Assembly: GCF_963921235.1 (NCBI RefSeq)
Contig: NC_086102.1
Span: forward strand, 136,958,001 to 137,022,000
DNA: 64,000 nt
DNA from: Mobula hypostoma
Lineage: Eukaryota
Direction of reading: 5' to 3'
Shown here: piece by piece, positions 1 to 11,050 of the stretch
How the letters are laid out: each line of letters opens with the position of its first letter
How positions within the stretch are numbered: position 1 is the stretch's first letter
The notes under the pieces: model-generated
Told to the model about the DNA's origin: nothing
The model's database searches: none
The model's input: only the letters and a program-made list of their open reading frames with translations
Program-made: the position numbers and the translations under genes

Positions 1-109
1 GCAGACAAAGGAGATACAAAGAGGCAGGCTGACTTGCGCATAATATCTAAATGAATTCTTAATGATCAGTGATATGCAAAACAAGTCTACAAGCAAATTC
101 ATGAATATC

Positions 110-115
110 TTTATT
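110..115 (-). terminator. Putative polyadenylation signal of copy A
   Basis: AATAAA on minus strand ~225 nt after the stop; AATAAA also near the equivalent position in B (27966-27971), C (49461-49466) and the remnant (22585-22590). Confidence 0.5.
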
Positions 116-338
116 ATCTTATTTTGATCCACAATATATTAAACAATCATATACAGAAATGACAGAACATTTACAAACAATCAAATCTCCCATTTACAAT
201 AAAATCCTCAGTCAGGAGCTCCAGGCCCCTCAGTCTTGTAATCAGTAGGTACAGTACAATTGTTAACATTTTATCTATTCTGAATGAGGTTTTCTTGTGT
301 TCACATTGAGTTCAGACTCTGTGGAGTTTCATTCGTGG

Positions 339-371
339 TTAGTGCTGGGCTCTTGAGTCTTCATTTTGTTC
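339..371 (-). CDS. spp2-like A exon 10 (terminal coding part)
   Basis: ctttccattccag acceptor; EQNEDSRAQH-TAA; stop position conserved in B and C. Confidence 0.78.
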   Translation of the reverse strand, partial: EQNEDSRAQH

Positions 372-3300
372 CTGGAATGGAAAGATGAGCAGATTTGTAA
401 TTTTCAGCTGGACTGAGCTCACTCTGATGTTAATATTTTGCCATTAGTTTTAAAGATGATCATGTAGATACAAATCCTCAGTTTACACTTACATTTGAAG
501 GTTCCTCCAATGATAATTCCATTGACTTGCTTTTCATCTGTTTTATGAGATAAATTATTGTAGCATTAGAAATCATCTCCAGGTGCAAGGTTTAAGTAGT
601 GTTTATTTGTAAATGGGTAAGTGAAATCACTTTAAATTCAGAATTGCAAGTCACCGAGAAATCCCAACAAACACTTCACTTCACAATCAATCAGCAAAAT
701 ATTAACATAATGGGCTCAAAGAAGATTTATAAGGGTGTTACTGAGAATAAGGAGTTTATAAGGAGATAAGTGAGGAGTTGTTTCTCTGGAGTGCAGGAAA
801 CTGAGGAAAAATGTAACAGAGGTTTATAGAATTATGACTGACATTGTTAAAACAAATAGCCAAAGTCTTTTCCCCAGGTTAAAGGATTCTAAAGCTAGAG
901 AGCATAGGATAAATGTGAGAGGGGAAAGAAATAAATGGGATCTGATAGCAACTTTTTCATACAGAGCTGGTGTGTTTATAGAATGATCTGCCCAAGGAAT
1001 TGGTAGAGCCGGGTACAATTATGACACTTAAAATTCATTTGGACAGCTCCATGGATAGAAAAATTTTCAAGGGACATGGGGCAAGTGCAGGGAAATGGGA
1101 TTAGCTCAGTTCGACAACTTGGTGAGCACAAATGAATTGAATCAAAATTCCTGTTTCTGCATTGTATGAATAGAAGACTATTAATCTAAGAGAGGCCACT
1201 TCTTCCATCAATTGGTCTTGACTCTACTGACTTCCCTGCAGCATACACTTCCAGTCCCAGAGCCAGTAATTATATTCAATTAAATGAGGGAAATGGAAAG
1301 AATGCTCCTTTCATGAAGCCACCAGTTATATCTGCCCACAGACCATGAACAGGAGAGTGTGTCCTTTCTAATTCTATTTATTTTTCTAGGTCAAATATGA
1401 TGGCAGAATATAGTATTAATGGTAAGACTCTTGGCAGTGTGGAGGATCAGAGGGATCTTGGACTCCGAGTCCATAGGACACTCAAAGCAGCTGCGCAGGT
1501 TGACTCTGCGGTTAAGAAGGCATATGGTGTATTGGCTTTCATCAATCGTGGAATTCAATTTAGGAGCCGAGAGGTAATGTTGCAGCTATATAGGACCCTG
1601 ATCAGACCCCACTTGGAGTACTGTGCTCAGTTCTGGTCACCTCACTACAGGAAGGATGTGGAAACCATAAAAAAGGTGCAGAGGAAATTTACAAGGATGT
1701 TGCCTGGATTGGGGAGCATGCCTTATGAAAACAGGTTGAGAGAACTTGGCCTTTTCTGCTTAGAGCGGCAGAGGATGAGAGGTGACCTGATAGAGGTGTA
1801 TAAGATGATGAGAGGCATTGATCGTGGGGATAGTCAGAGGCTTTTTCTCAGGGCTGAAATGGCTAGTATGAGAGGGCACAGGTTTAAGGTGCTTGGGAGT
1901 AGGTGCAGAGGAGATGTCGGGGTAAGTTTTTACGCAGAGAGTGGTGAGTGCGTGGAATGGGCTGCCGGCAACGGTGGACGAGGCAGAAACGATAGAGTCT
2001 TTTAAGAGGCTTTTGGATAGGTACATGGAGCTTAGAAATATAGAGCACTATGGATAACCCTAGGTAATTTCAAAGGTAAGGACATTTTCGCCCCAACTCT
2101 GTGGGCCGAAGGGCCTGTATTATGCTGTAGGTTTTCCATGTTTCTATGAAAATTAAGTGAAGAACAAATTTGTAGTCAGTTGGTCATGCTCTGAAAATGA
2201 ATAGAGAATGTGTGCATTAATATGCCCTTTGTTGCCCATCTCCAGAGGGTCATTTAATTAAGATTACTCAGATTAGATTTCGTCACTATATTATAGTTGA
2301 AAATCAATAGATAAACATTCCACGATTATACTTACATGAGAAGACTCCTCGACTGATGTCTCCTTTGACTTACTCTCTACCTGCATGAAAAGATCAATAT
2401 TTATATTGTCAGAATGTTAATCAATAAAAGTTTAAGGAGTAACCCTTGAACAAATCTTTAATGACTGAATTATAAATAACATTTGATATCATTTGTGTTC
2501 AATAATGCAGTGTAGAAGTGCTCGCCAAAACAACAATGTTTTGCAACAACGATCAACATAGCCTGGATAGAGTGAGGTGTGGGGATTGGTAGTTAATTTG
2601 GGAATAATGTCCTTCCATCTCAATTAATTGGCAATGGGTGTATGAAGCTGCTCTGCATCAACACCTGGACTCTGTTACTGCTGAGTGTTACAGTCAGTAT
2701 CCTCATGCCCAGCACCAATAATGTTGATATCAAGCTCAAGTTATCCTTGTAGGAGACTCCACATTGGAGTCAAATCAACAAACTGCCCCTCAGCTAAACA
2801 TCCCCACCGGAATCAATCATCAGAATCCCTTTCTCAATACACCGATCTACAAACGTAAAATAAATGGCCCTCTGTCCCTTTATTCTGACATGGTTGAATC
2901 CAAGCTTTTAAACATTTTTTACTTGGATTCAAGGTCAGAGAGATCATCAGAATTTTTTCCATTTATACTCACATTGGTTGAATCCTCAAGTGATGTGTCT
3001 TCTGATTTGTCTTTTTCCTGTATGGAAATAATATTTATATGTTTAGGACAGGATACTGAGGAATTTTGAAAATATATAAACTGAAAAATTACCAGCTTGT
3101 ACTAGTAATAAATATTGGAATCTAATGGAGTCTTTTTTCACTCTGGAAATTTCAGAGCAGTGATTCAGTAGCAAATGCAGAAGGCCATCAAGAAGGCAAA
3201 TTGCCTTTATTGCAAGAGGACCTGACAACAAGAATACTACAATTATATTGAGCATTGATGAGTATTGGGTAATTTTGGTCTGCTTATATCAGGAAGGAAA

Positions 3301-6068
3301 TACTTGAGAAGGAGAGGCAAGAAAGGAACTATCATCAGGGTAGTTCCCAAGTCTGTCACCTGAGGACTGATTATTTAGGATGGTATCTATAGGCTGGAAG
3401 AATGAAATGTGATTGCCTTACAATGATCAAAATTATGTTTGCCTGTTCGAATAGGTAGAATACTTCACCCATCTAACAGCTTGGGTCACAGTCTCAAAGT
3501 AAAAGGTAGACCAATTAGGAATGAGGTGAGTTGAAATTAGGTGGTAGAGCTTTGGAATTTGCTACCCGAGAGAGCTGTGGAGGCTGATTCAAAATTGGGA
3601 TTGTTGGATTGTTGGATCTTAAGGGAATCGAAACGTACAGTGTTACTACAGAAAAATGGATTGAGGTAGAAATTAATATTGAATATTCTCCCAGTCTACT
3701 CTCACCCATTGCCTGGAACAGGTCTATTATGAAGAAAGATCCTCGGACTCTATTCTGACAGATCAATCTAGGTTTCACATCTTATTGAGACTCTGAAGGT
3801 AGCAACTCCCAAATTAAACTTACATTCAGAGATTCTTCGTTCAGTGAAGTTTCTTCTGACTTGCTTTTCACCTGCATAAAATAATGAACATTTATAATAT
3901 TAGCACAAGGTATATTTATTAAAATAATGCATTAATAGATTACCTCTAACTAGTAGAGCAGGATACAGAATCAAAAAAGAGGAGATGTTGACATTTCAGT
4001 GATAATCCAATGATTTATCATTAGATTAGAGAAGCCTCAATAAAAAGACTCAAAAATTAAAAAAAAACGACACCAATACACAAAAGAATACCTTGCCTAG
4101 AATCTGGTTCAGAGTGAATGGATATTCCTACAATAGAGGGCAAAGGCATCAACTGCCATCTCTTTTATTGAATCCTTCGTGCCCCTCCAAGAAGGAATGG
4201 TACTTAATGATTCCCTTTGCTGAAAGTTTGGCAGACACTCTTCTGGAAGTCCTAACTTCAAATATTAGAGTCCTCTCCATGCACATCAGGATCACCCACT
4301 GTTGCTCACACTTCATTGCTAACAATTGAGATCACAAGAAGAAAATTATAAATTACTAATTAATACTCACATTAGAGGTTTCCTCAAGTGATGATTCTTT
4401 TGATTTGCTTTGCGACTGTAAGGTGAAAGATACTTATTTTTAGATCTTCTGCATATGACACCAGTGAAATATTCAGTAAATGATTTTGTGTTAGAAATTC
4501 CATTGTCCTGAATTGTATGAATGCAGTTACCTCAATACTGTTGTCATTTGTTTCTGTTGAGTCACTCTCGCTGTCAACTGTCGTCAGACCGTCACACTCC
4601 ACTTCAACATCAGCTACCTTATCAGCAAAAAATTCCACATGGCTTTTGCAAAACCCTTTCTCCTGTTAGAGTGAAGCATAATGTAAGGAAATTATTCATG
4701 ATTCCAAGCAAGACACAAAACCAACATGATTATGATCTAACTCAATTCTTAGTATTTACTTTGATATAACTACGTATGTAAGGTCATTTCCATCAAAAAA
4801 GTTGTTAATATAGCTCATGTTTTGATGCTAATACGTGCATGGACTTGCATGATCTAATATAACTCTGGACTCACCGCAATGTTTTTAGGGAGGAAGGAGC
4901 AGCTGGGATCATCAAATTCCTGTCCAGAATTCTTGGAGCAGACAGTTTCTTTCACAGAGAATGTTAAATCCACGCTGTGGGACAGTTTACCTGTACGGTA
5001 TGTCTGAAGAAAGGAAAAGGGATTATTGGTGAATTACTATCTCTGATGTTCTTCCTCTGGTCTGATAAAGCTCAGTGCTGCATAGGGCTTTATTTTCAGC
5101 AGATAATTATACTGGCAGAATCAGAGTCATCAACCAAACTGGCCCAAGAGGCTTAATTTACCCAATGCCAAAATGGCCACTTAAACCATCGTGATATGGA
5201 TATGCAGTATGCAAGAACCGTTAGTTATTGGTGGAAAAAAACAACAAATTTCAAGACATACAGTATGACGGTGATATTGAAACTGATTCTGATTCTGAAA
5301 TTGCAAACAAAATTGGAGAAGTTTTCAGGGACTTCCAAAATAATTGGTAGAACTTTCATCCCTAGTGCTGTAACTTTGGTCCAATCAGAGTTTCATGACT
5401 CTGATTGAGAATTTAAATTCCTGATCAGATATTCGTTGAAAACACAGTATAGAATGTAATACTCAGCTCCTGTTTAATGACTAAACTTTATCTCATCTTA
5501 ATGTATCCCTAAGACTTAGATTTATACAGATTAAGGCCATTCAGCCCATCAGCCCTATACAGTCTCAACAGAACAATTCCATCAATCCCACTCTCTTGCT
5601 CCTCAAATCCCCATAATGCTGCATTGATCTTCCTATCACATGTCATTATCTCCCCTTTGCTTTCCTTTTTGCTGTTTATCTGCTCTAAGTGTAAATTTCA
5701 GTAGCCAATTAACCTGCACTCAGACACACCCATAGACTGTGAAACACAGTTAGCCAAGGACACACTTACATTTGTCACTCCACTCCTGGAGATACCACAG
5801 AGGTTGGTGATCTCGGTGATTTCATTCAGCTTTACAACTGAGGCTCTCAGAGCTTCCTTGGTGCTTGGCACTCCTGCAGAAAGAGAGTAGAAGTTGTACA
5901 GTACATTCCAACAAACTTCAGTGAATTCTTCTTACACATAGGTGAAATATCACTGACTGAAGCTCATTACCAACAACTCATTGCTCTCTGGGGTCCCACT
6001 CTCCCCTGGTACCTACCTAAGCAGTGGAGGATCTGCACGGCAATGATGGTGAGCAGGAAGGATTTCAT
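339..6068 (-). CDS. spp2: Secreted phosphoprotein 24 (SPP2)-like, copy A; 10 coding exons, 225 aa, intact
   Basis: Exons 6017-6068, 5770-5873, 4875-5003, 4531-4662, 4371-4415, 3824-3871, 2973-3017, 2336-2380, 493-537, 339-371 (678 nt, all GT-AG). Protein MKSFLLTIIAVQILHCLG|VPSTKEALRASVVKLNEITEITNLCGISRSGVTN|TYRTGKLSHSVDLTFSVKETVCSKNSGQEFDDPSCSFLPKNIA|EKGFCKSHVEFFADKVADVEVECDGLTTVDSESDSTETNDNSIE|SQSKSKESSLEETSN|VKSKSEETSLNEESLN|EKDKSEDTSLEDSTN|VESKSKETSVEESSH|MKSKSMELSLEEPSN|EQNEDSRAQH*. EALRASVVKLN, LTFSVKETVC and the C-x17-C loop match recalled SPP2 motifs (DALSASVVKVN, LEFSIRETTC). Symbol denotes family; orthology not established. Confidence 0.85.
493..537 (-). CDS. spp2-like A exon 9 (45-nt mini-exon)
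   Basis: cag/gtaagt; MKSKSMELSLEEPSN. Confidence 0.8.
715..1180 (+). mobile_element. Old CR1 3' fragment in intron 8, shared by all units
   Basis: Degenerate CR1 RT C-terminus/3'UTR; homologous insertions at ~28580-29050, ~50090-50580 and ~24990-25390. Confidence 0.6.
1386..2148 (+). mobile_element. CR1 LINE 3' fragment specific to copy A intron 8
   Basis: ORF 1397-2005 with LYRTLIRPHLEYCAQFWSPHYRKD and RMRGDLIEVYK; TTCTATG-type tail; absent from B and C. Confidence 0.9.
2336..2380 (-). CDS. spp2-like A exon 8 (45-nt mini-exon)
   Basis: cag/gtaagt; VESKSKETSVEESSH. Confidence 0.8.
2973..3017 (-). CDS. spp2-like A exon 7 (45-nt mini-exon)
   Basis: cag/gtgagt; EKDKSEDTSLEDSTN. Confidence 0.8.
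3160..3670 (+). mobile_element. Old CR1-like fragment in intron 6, shared by A, B and C
   Basis: Degenerate CR1 3' sequence; homologs at ~30280-30790 and ~51870-52400. Confidence 0.5.
3824..3871 (-). CDS. spp2-like A exon 6 (48-nt mini-exon)
   Basis: cag/gtaagt; VKSKSEETSLNEESLN. Confidence 0.8.
4371..4415 (-). CDS. spp2-like A exon 5 (45-nt S-x-E mini-exon)
   Basis: cag/gtgagt; SQSKSKESSLEETSN; conserved in B and C. Confidence 0.8.
4531..4662 (-). CDS. spp2-like A exon 4 (second disulfide loop plus acidic Ser stretch)
   Basis: ctctaacag acceptor, gtaac donor; EKGFCKSHVEFFADKVADVEVEC...DSESDSTETNDNSIE. Confidence 0.88.
4875..5003 (-). CDS. spp2-like A exon 3 (cystatin, first disulfide)
   Basis: cttttcctttcttcag acceptor, gtgagt donor; FSVKETVC...C motif. 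Confidence 0.88.
5770..5873 (-). CDS. spp2-like A exon 2 (cystatin N-terminal helix)
   Basis: ctttctgcag acceptor, gtaagt donor; VPSTKEALRASVVKLNEITEITNLCGISRSGVTN. Confidence 0.88.
6017..6068 (-). CDS. spp2-like A exon 1 (signal peptide)
   Basis: ATG at 6068, MKSFLLTIIAVQILHCL-G, phase-1 donor gtaggt; same 52-nt exon in all three copies. Confidence 0.85.
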
Positions 6069-6160
6069 TCTGCCTTGTATGGAATCAGTTAGCTGGTTTC
6101 TCAGAGCGAAGGAGCTGCTTCTCTCTCTCTTGATATGCCTTCACCTTGCTGCCTTTGCTC

Positions 6161-6184
6161 TTTATATCCTGCACCCCCACCACA
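6161..6184 (-). promoter_or_regulatory. Core promoter of copy A (TATA box plus adjacent RUNX-type motif)
   Basis: TATAAA at 6166-6161, ~95 nt upstream of ATG; ACCACA/TGTGGT at 6179-6184; both retained in B and C. Confidence 0.6.
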
Positions 6185-6859
6185 TTCAAACACAGACTCG
6201 TGTTTGCTCAGCTTGCTGACCGTGGGCACCGGAACTAGATGAAAGGTGGGTTCTAGTTATGGGCAAAGCTTCCTCCTGGTATCGTCATCATGTTTAGATT
6301 TGCTGGGAAATTGAGTGAGATCATGTTTCATTCCTTGGAATATGAAATACTAAACTTAAAGAGGAGAAGAAACATTCAACTCAAATTGATATAAATTTTC
6401 ATTTTCTTTTCTTTTCTGTCAATCCTTCTGTGTAATTTTGATGCCATTATTAGACGTGAAGAAGCTTTGTGGGCAGTTGGAAGAGATTGCTTGATGACTT
6501 CTCCAGGAATATCTCCTTTCAGAGTAAGCATCTTCAAATTGATTGTGTAGTGATTGACTTTGGAAAGTCGAATTTGAAGGCAGAATACAGGGTTAATGGC
6601 AGGAATTAGTTGTGTAGCAGAAAAAAAGGGATCTTGGGTGCCATGCCCATAGATACCATATGCCACAAGTGTTTCCATAATTCCATAAGACATAGGATCA
6701 GAATTAGGCCATTCAGCCCATTGAGTCTACTCCACCACACTATTATGGCTGATTTATTATCCCTCTCAACCCCATTCTCCTGGTTTCTCCTCTTTGAAGC
6801 CCTTACTAATCAAGAACCGATCAACCTCCAGTTTAAATATACCCAATTACTTGACCTAT

Positions 6860-8660
6860 ATTTATGACTCTGAAGTTAAATACAGCTCCGATGTCATATT
6901 TAAGTTTGCTGACAACATTGTTGTTGTTTGCTGAATCAAAGGTGGTGACAAATCAGAATACAGGAGGGAGATCGAAAATATGGCTGAAAGGTGCCACAAC
7001 AGCAACCTCTCACTCAACATCAGTAAAATCAAAGAACTGACCATTGACCACAGGGGGAGGAAACCAGAGATCCATGAGCCAGTCCTCATCAGGGGATCAG
7101 AGTGTCAGCAGCTTCGGTGTTATCAGTTCAGAGGATCTGTCCTGGGTGCAGCATGCAAATGCCATCACAAAGAAAGCACAGTTGTGCCTCTACTTTCTTA
7201 GAAGTTTGCGAAGATCCGGCATGTCATCCAAAACTTTGACAGACCACTATAGATGCACGGAGGAGAATAGACTGCCAGAAATGTCAAAGCTTGGTATGGA
7301 AGCACCAGCGTCCTTGACAGAAAAGGCCTAGAAAAAGTAATAGATACCGCCCAGTCTATCACAGGAAAAGCCCTCCCCACCATTGAACACATCTACAAGG
7401 AGCACTGTAGCAGGAAAGCAGCATACACCATCAAGGGCGCTCACCATCCAAGTCATACTCTCTTCTCACTGCTACCATCAACAAGGAGGTGCTAAAGCAT
7501 TAGGTCCTACACCTTTGAGTCCCCTCCTTTACTCCCTGTACATCCATGACTGTGTCATCACCCACAGCTCTAATCTGCTAATTAAATTTGTTGATGACAC
7601 TACATCGATTGGCCTTATCTCAAACAATATTGAGGTGGCCTACAGGGAAGAAGTCATCTCTCTGACACAGTGATGTCAGGAAAACAACCTCTCCCTCAAT
7701 GTCACAAAAACAAAATAGGTGGTTGTGGACCACAGGAGGAATGGAGGCAGGCTAACACCTATAGCCATCAATCGATCTGGGGTTGAGGAAGTTTGGTATG
7801 GGCCCCCAAATCCTAAGAACTTTCTACAGAGGCACAATTGAGAGCATCCTGACTGGCTGCATCACTGCCAGGTATGGGAACTGTACCTCCCTTAATCACA
7901 GGATTCTGCAGAGAGTGGTGCGGACAGCCCAGCGCATCTGTAGTTGTGAACTTCCCATGATTCAGGACATTTACAAAGACAGGTTTGTAAAAAGGGCCAG
8001 AAAGATCACTGGGGACTCAAGTCACCCCAACCACAATCTATTCCAGCTGCTACCATCCGGGAAACAGTACTGCAGCATAAAAGCCAGGACCAACAAGCTC
8101 TGGGATAACTTCTTCCACCAGGCCACCAGGCTGATTAACTCACGCTAATTTGAGTGTATTTCAATGTTACATTGACTGTTCTATTTATTAAAGTTATTAT
8201 AAATTACTATGATTGCACATTGCACATTTAGACAGAGACATAACGTAAAGATTTTTACTCCTCGTGTATGTGAAGGATGTAAGAAATAAAGTCAATTCAA
8301 TTCACATGGTTCAGGAGCAGTTATCACCCCTCAACCATCAGCCACCTGAACCAGAGTGAATAACTTCACTCAGCCCAACACTGAAATGATTCCACAATCT
8401 ATGAACTCACTTTTAAGGAGTCTACAGTTTACATCATCAATATTTACTGTTTCTTATTTATTTTTATTATTATTTTGTTTTTCTTTTCTGTATTTACACA
8501 GTTTGCTATCATTTGCACATTGATTGTCTGTCTTTGTCTGCAGCTTTTCATTGGATTTGTATTTCTTTGTATCAACTGTGAATGCCCTCAAGAAAACAAA
8601 CCTCAGGGTAGTATATGGTAACATACTCGGACTTTGATAATAAATCTACTTTGAACTTTA
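6860..8660 (+). mobile_element. Nested Rex/Babar-like LINE RT fragments
   Basis: KF(A/V)DDT-like motifs, LYFLRSLRRSGMSSKTL, TFYRGTIESILTGCIT (ORFs 7044-7331, 7383-7673, 7783-8148); aataaagtcaattcaattc tail. Confidence 0.75.
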
Positions 8661-8669
8661 ATGTTTGAA

Positions 8670-10090
8670 CATATGTCTGTAACAATGAATTTCACAGTTT
8701 CACTATTCTCTGGCTAGAGGAATTCCTCCTTATCTCTGTTCTAAATGGACATCCTTCTATTCTGAAACTGTACACAATGGTCCTGGCCTACCCCGTTGTG
8801 AGAAACATCCTTTCCATCTTCACTCTACTGGGCCTTTCAATATCTGATAGGTTTCAATGAGCTACCACCTCATTCTGCTAAACACCAGAGAGTACAGGCT
8901 TAGAGCCATCAAATGTTTCTCACACATTAACCCTTTCATTCGCTGGTTCTTTCTCGTGAATTTCCTCTGAACCCTCTCCAATGTCAGCACATCCTTTCTT
9001 AGATAAGGAGCACAAAAATGCTCACAATATTCCAAGTGTGGGCTGACTAATTTCTTACAAAGGCTCAGCATTACATCCTTGTTTTTATATTCTCGTCCTC
9101 TCGAAATGAATGCTAACGTTACATTTGCCTTTCTTATTATTGACTCAAACTGCAATTTAACCCTTAATGGATCTTGCACAAAGAATCCCAGGTCCCTTTG
9201 CACCTCTGATTTCTGAATTTTCTCCCATTTAGAGAGCAGCCTATGCCTTTATTCCTTTTACCAAAGTGCATGACTATGCACTTCCCTACACTATATTCCC
9301 TGCCACTTCTTTGTTCATTCTCTCAATCTGTCTCAGTCCTTCTGCATACTCCCTGCTTCCTCAACACTACCTGCCTCTCCACCTATCATCATATCATCTG
9401 CAAACTTGGCTGCAAATCCATCCATTCCAACATCCAAATCATTGACATATAACATAAAAAGAAGTCGTGTCCACTCTCACCCCTGAGAAACATCGGCAGT
9501 CACCGGCAGCCAATGAGAAAAGGCCCCTTTATTCAAACTCTTTCCTTCCTGTCAGTCAGCTAATCTTTGATCCATGCTAGTATCTTTACTGAAATACCAT
9601 GGGACTTGCCTTGTTTAGCAGCATCATGTTCAGCACCTTGCTTAAGAGCTTCTGAAAATCCAACATCCACTGACTCTTTTGTTTATCCTGCTGGATATTT
9701 CTTCAAAGAATTCCAACTGATTTGTCAGGTAAGATTTCCCCTTAAGGAAACCATGCTGACTTTGGTCTACGTTACCATGAGCCTCCAGTACCTTGAAATC
9801 TCATCCTTAATAACGGACTCTAACATCTTGCCAACCATGGAAGTCAGACTAAACAGCCTATAATTTCTTATCTTTTGCCTCCCTCCATTCTTAAAGACTG
9901 GAATGACATTAGTAGTTTTCCAGTCCTTGGAACCATTTCAAAATCTAGTGATCTTTGAAAGATCAACATAAATGTCTCTTCAGCTATAGTTTTCAGAATC
10001 CTGAAGTGTAGTCCATTTTGTCCAGGTGACTTGTATACATTCAGAACTTTCAGTTATCCAAGCATCTTCTCCTTAGTAATTAAAACTGCA
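8670..10090 (-). mobile_element. CR1 LINE ORF2 fragment
   Basis: ORF 8862-9203 with LVSPHLEYCEHF...LERVQRKFT. Confidence 0.8.
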
Positions 10091-10414
10091 CTCACTTGCT
10101 ATATTTACCAAGGAGTTGTTTGGAAAGCAGGAAAGTCTGAAAGGTATGGTTTATTAGCCTTCATTAGTCAGGGCATTGAGTTCAAGGGCCGCTAGGTGAT
10201 GTCGTAGCTCCATAAAACCTTGGCCAGACCACAATTGGAGTATTGTGCTAAGGTCTGGTTGCACCTTTATAGATTCAAATAGGCTTAAGTTTATTTATCA
10301 CATGCACATCAAAGCATGCAGTGAAATGCGTCATTTGCATTAGCAGCCAACACGCTTAAGGCTGTGTTGGGGGAAACCCATAAGTATTGCCACGCATTCC
10401 ACACCAACAGAGCC

Positions 10415-11050
10415 AGAATCAGAATCAGGTTTAATATCACTGGTATATGTAGTGAAATGTGGTGTTTTGTGGCAGCAGTACAGTACATCACAATACCTAA
10501 TTTTTAAAAAAACCTATAAATCACAATAAGAAATATATACAGAAAATTAAATTAATAAGTAGTACAAAAAGAGAGAAATAAAAGAAAAAAAGATAGTGAA
10601 GTAGCATACACGGGTTCATTGTCCATTCTGAAATCTGATGGCAATCTGTTCCTAAAGCATTGAGTGTGTGCCTTCAGGTTCCTGTACCTCCTGCTTGATG
10701 ATAGCAATGAGAAGAAGGCACGTCCTACGTGATGGGGTCCTTAATGACAGATGCTGCCTTTTTAAAGCATCATGTTTTGAAGATGTCCTCGACGCTGGTG
10801 AGGCCAGTGGCCATGATGAAACTGGTTGAGGATGCAACTTTCTGAAGCTTTTTCCTGTGCAGTGGACCCTCCATACCAGACAGTGATACAACCAGTTAGA
10901 ATGCATTTCACAGTACAGTTTGCTGTCTTTGGTCACCTACCAAATCTCCTTAAAGTCCTAATGAAATATAGCCACTGTCACACCTTCTTTGTAATTGCAT
11001 CAATATGTTGAGCTCAGGATAGGTCTTCGTAGATGTTCACACCCAGGCTC
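10415..11050 (-). mobile_element. Rex/Babar-like LINE 3' fragment
   Basis: agaatc-repeat tail and degenerate RT C-terminus similar to other copies in the window. Confidence 0.55.

Noticed and set aside
493-537. Phase-1 reading of the mini-exons (e.g. DEKQVNGIIIGGTFK)
   Set aside because: Exon 4 ends in phase 0, and only phase 0 gives the repeat consensus shared by all five exons and all copies
2764-3069. Plus-strand ORFs similar between copies (2764-3069 vs 51481-51768; 4521-4769 vs 53994-54236)
   Set aside because: Antisense shadows of duplicated spp2-like exons and introns; boundaries are not conserved and no domain is recognisable
4531-5873. Cathelicidin, fetuin or kininogen identity for the cystatin-domain genes
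   Set aside because: Single cystatin domain, ALxASVxKxN motif, C-x17-C loop followed by a Ser/acidic stretch and no cationic C-terminal peptide fit SPP2 better; an HMM search is still needed
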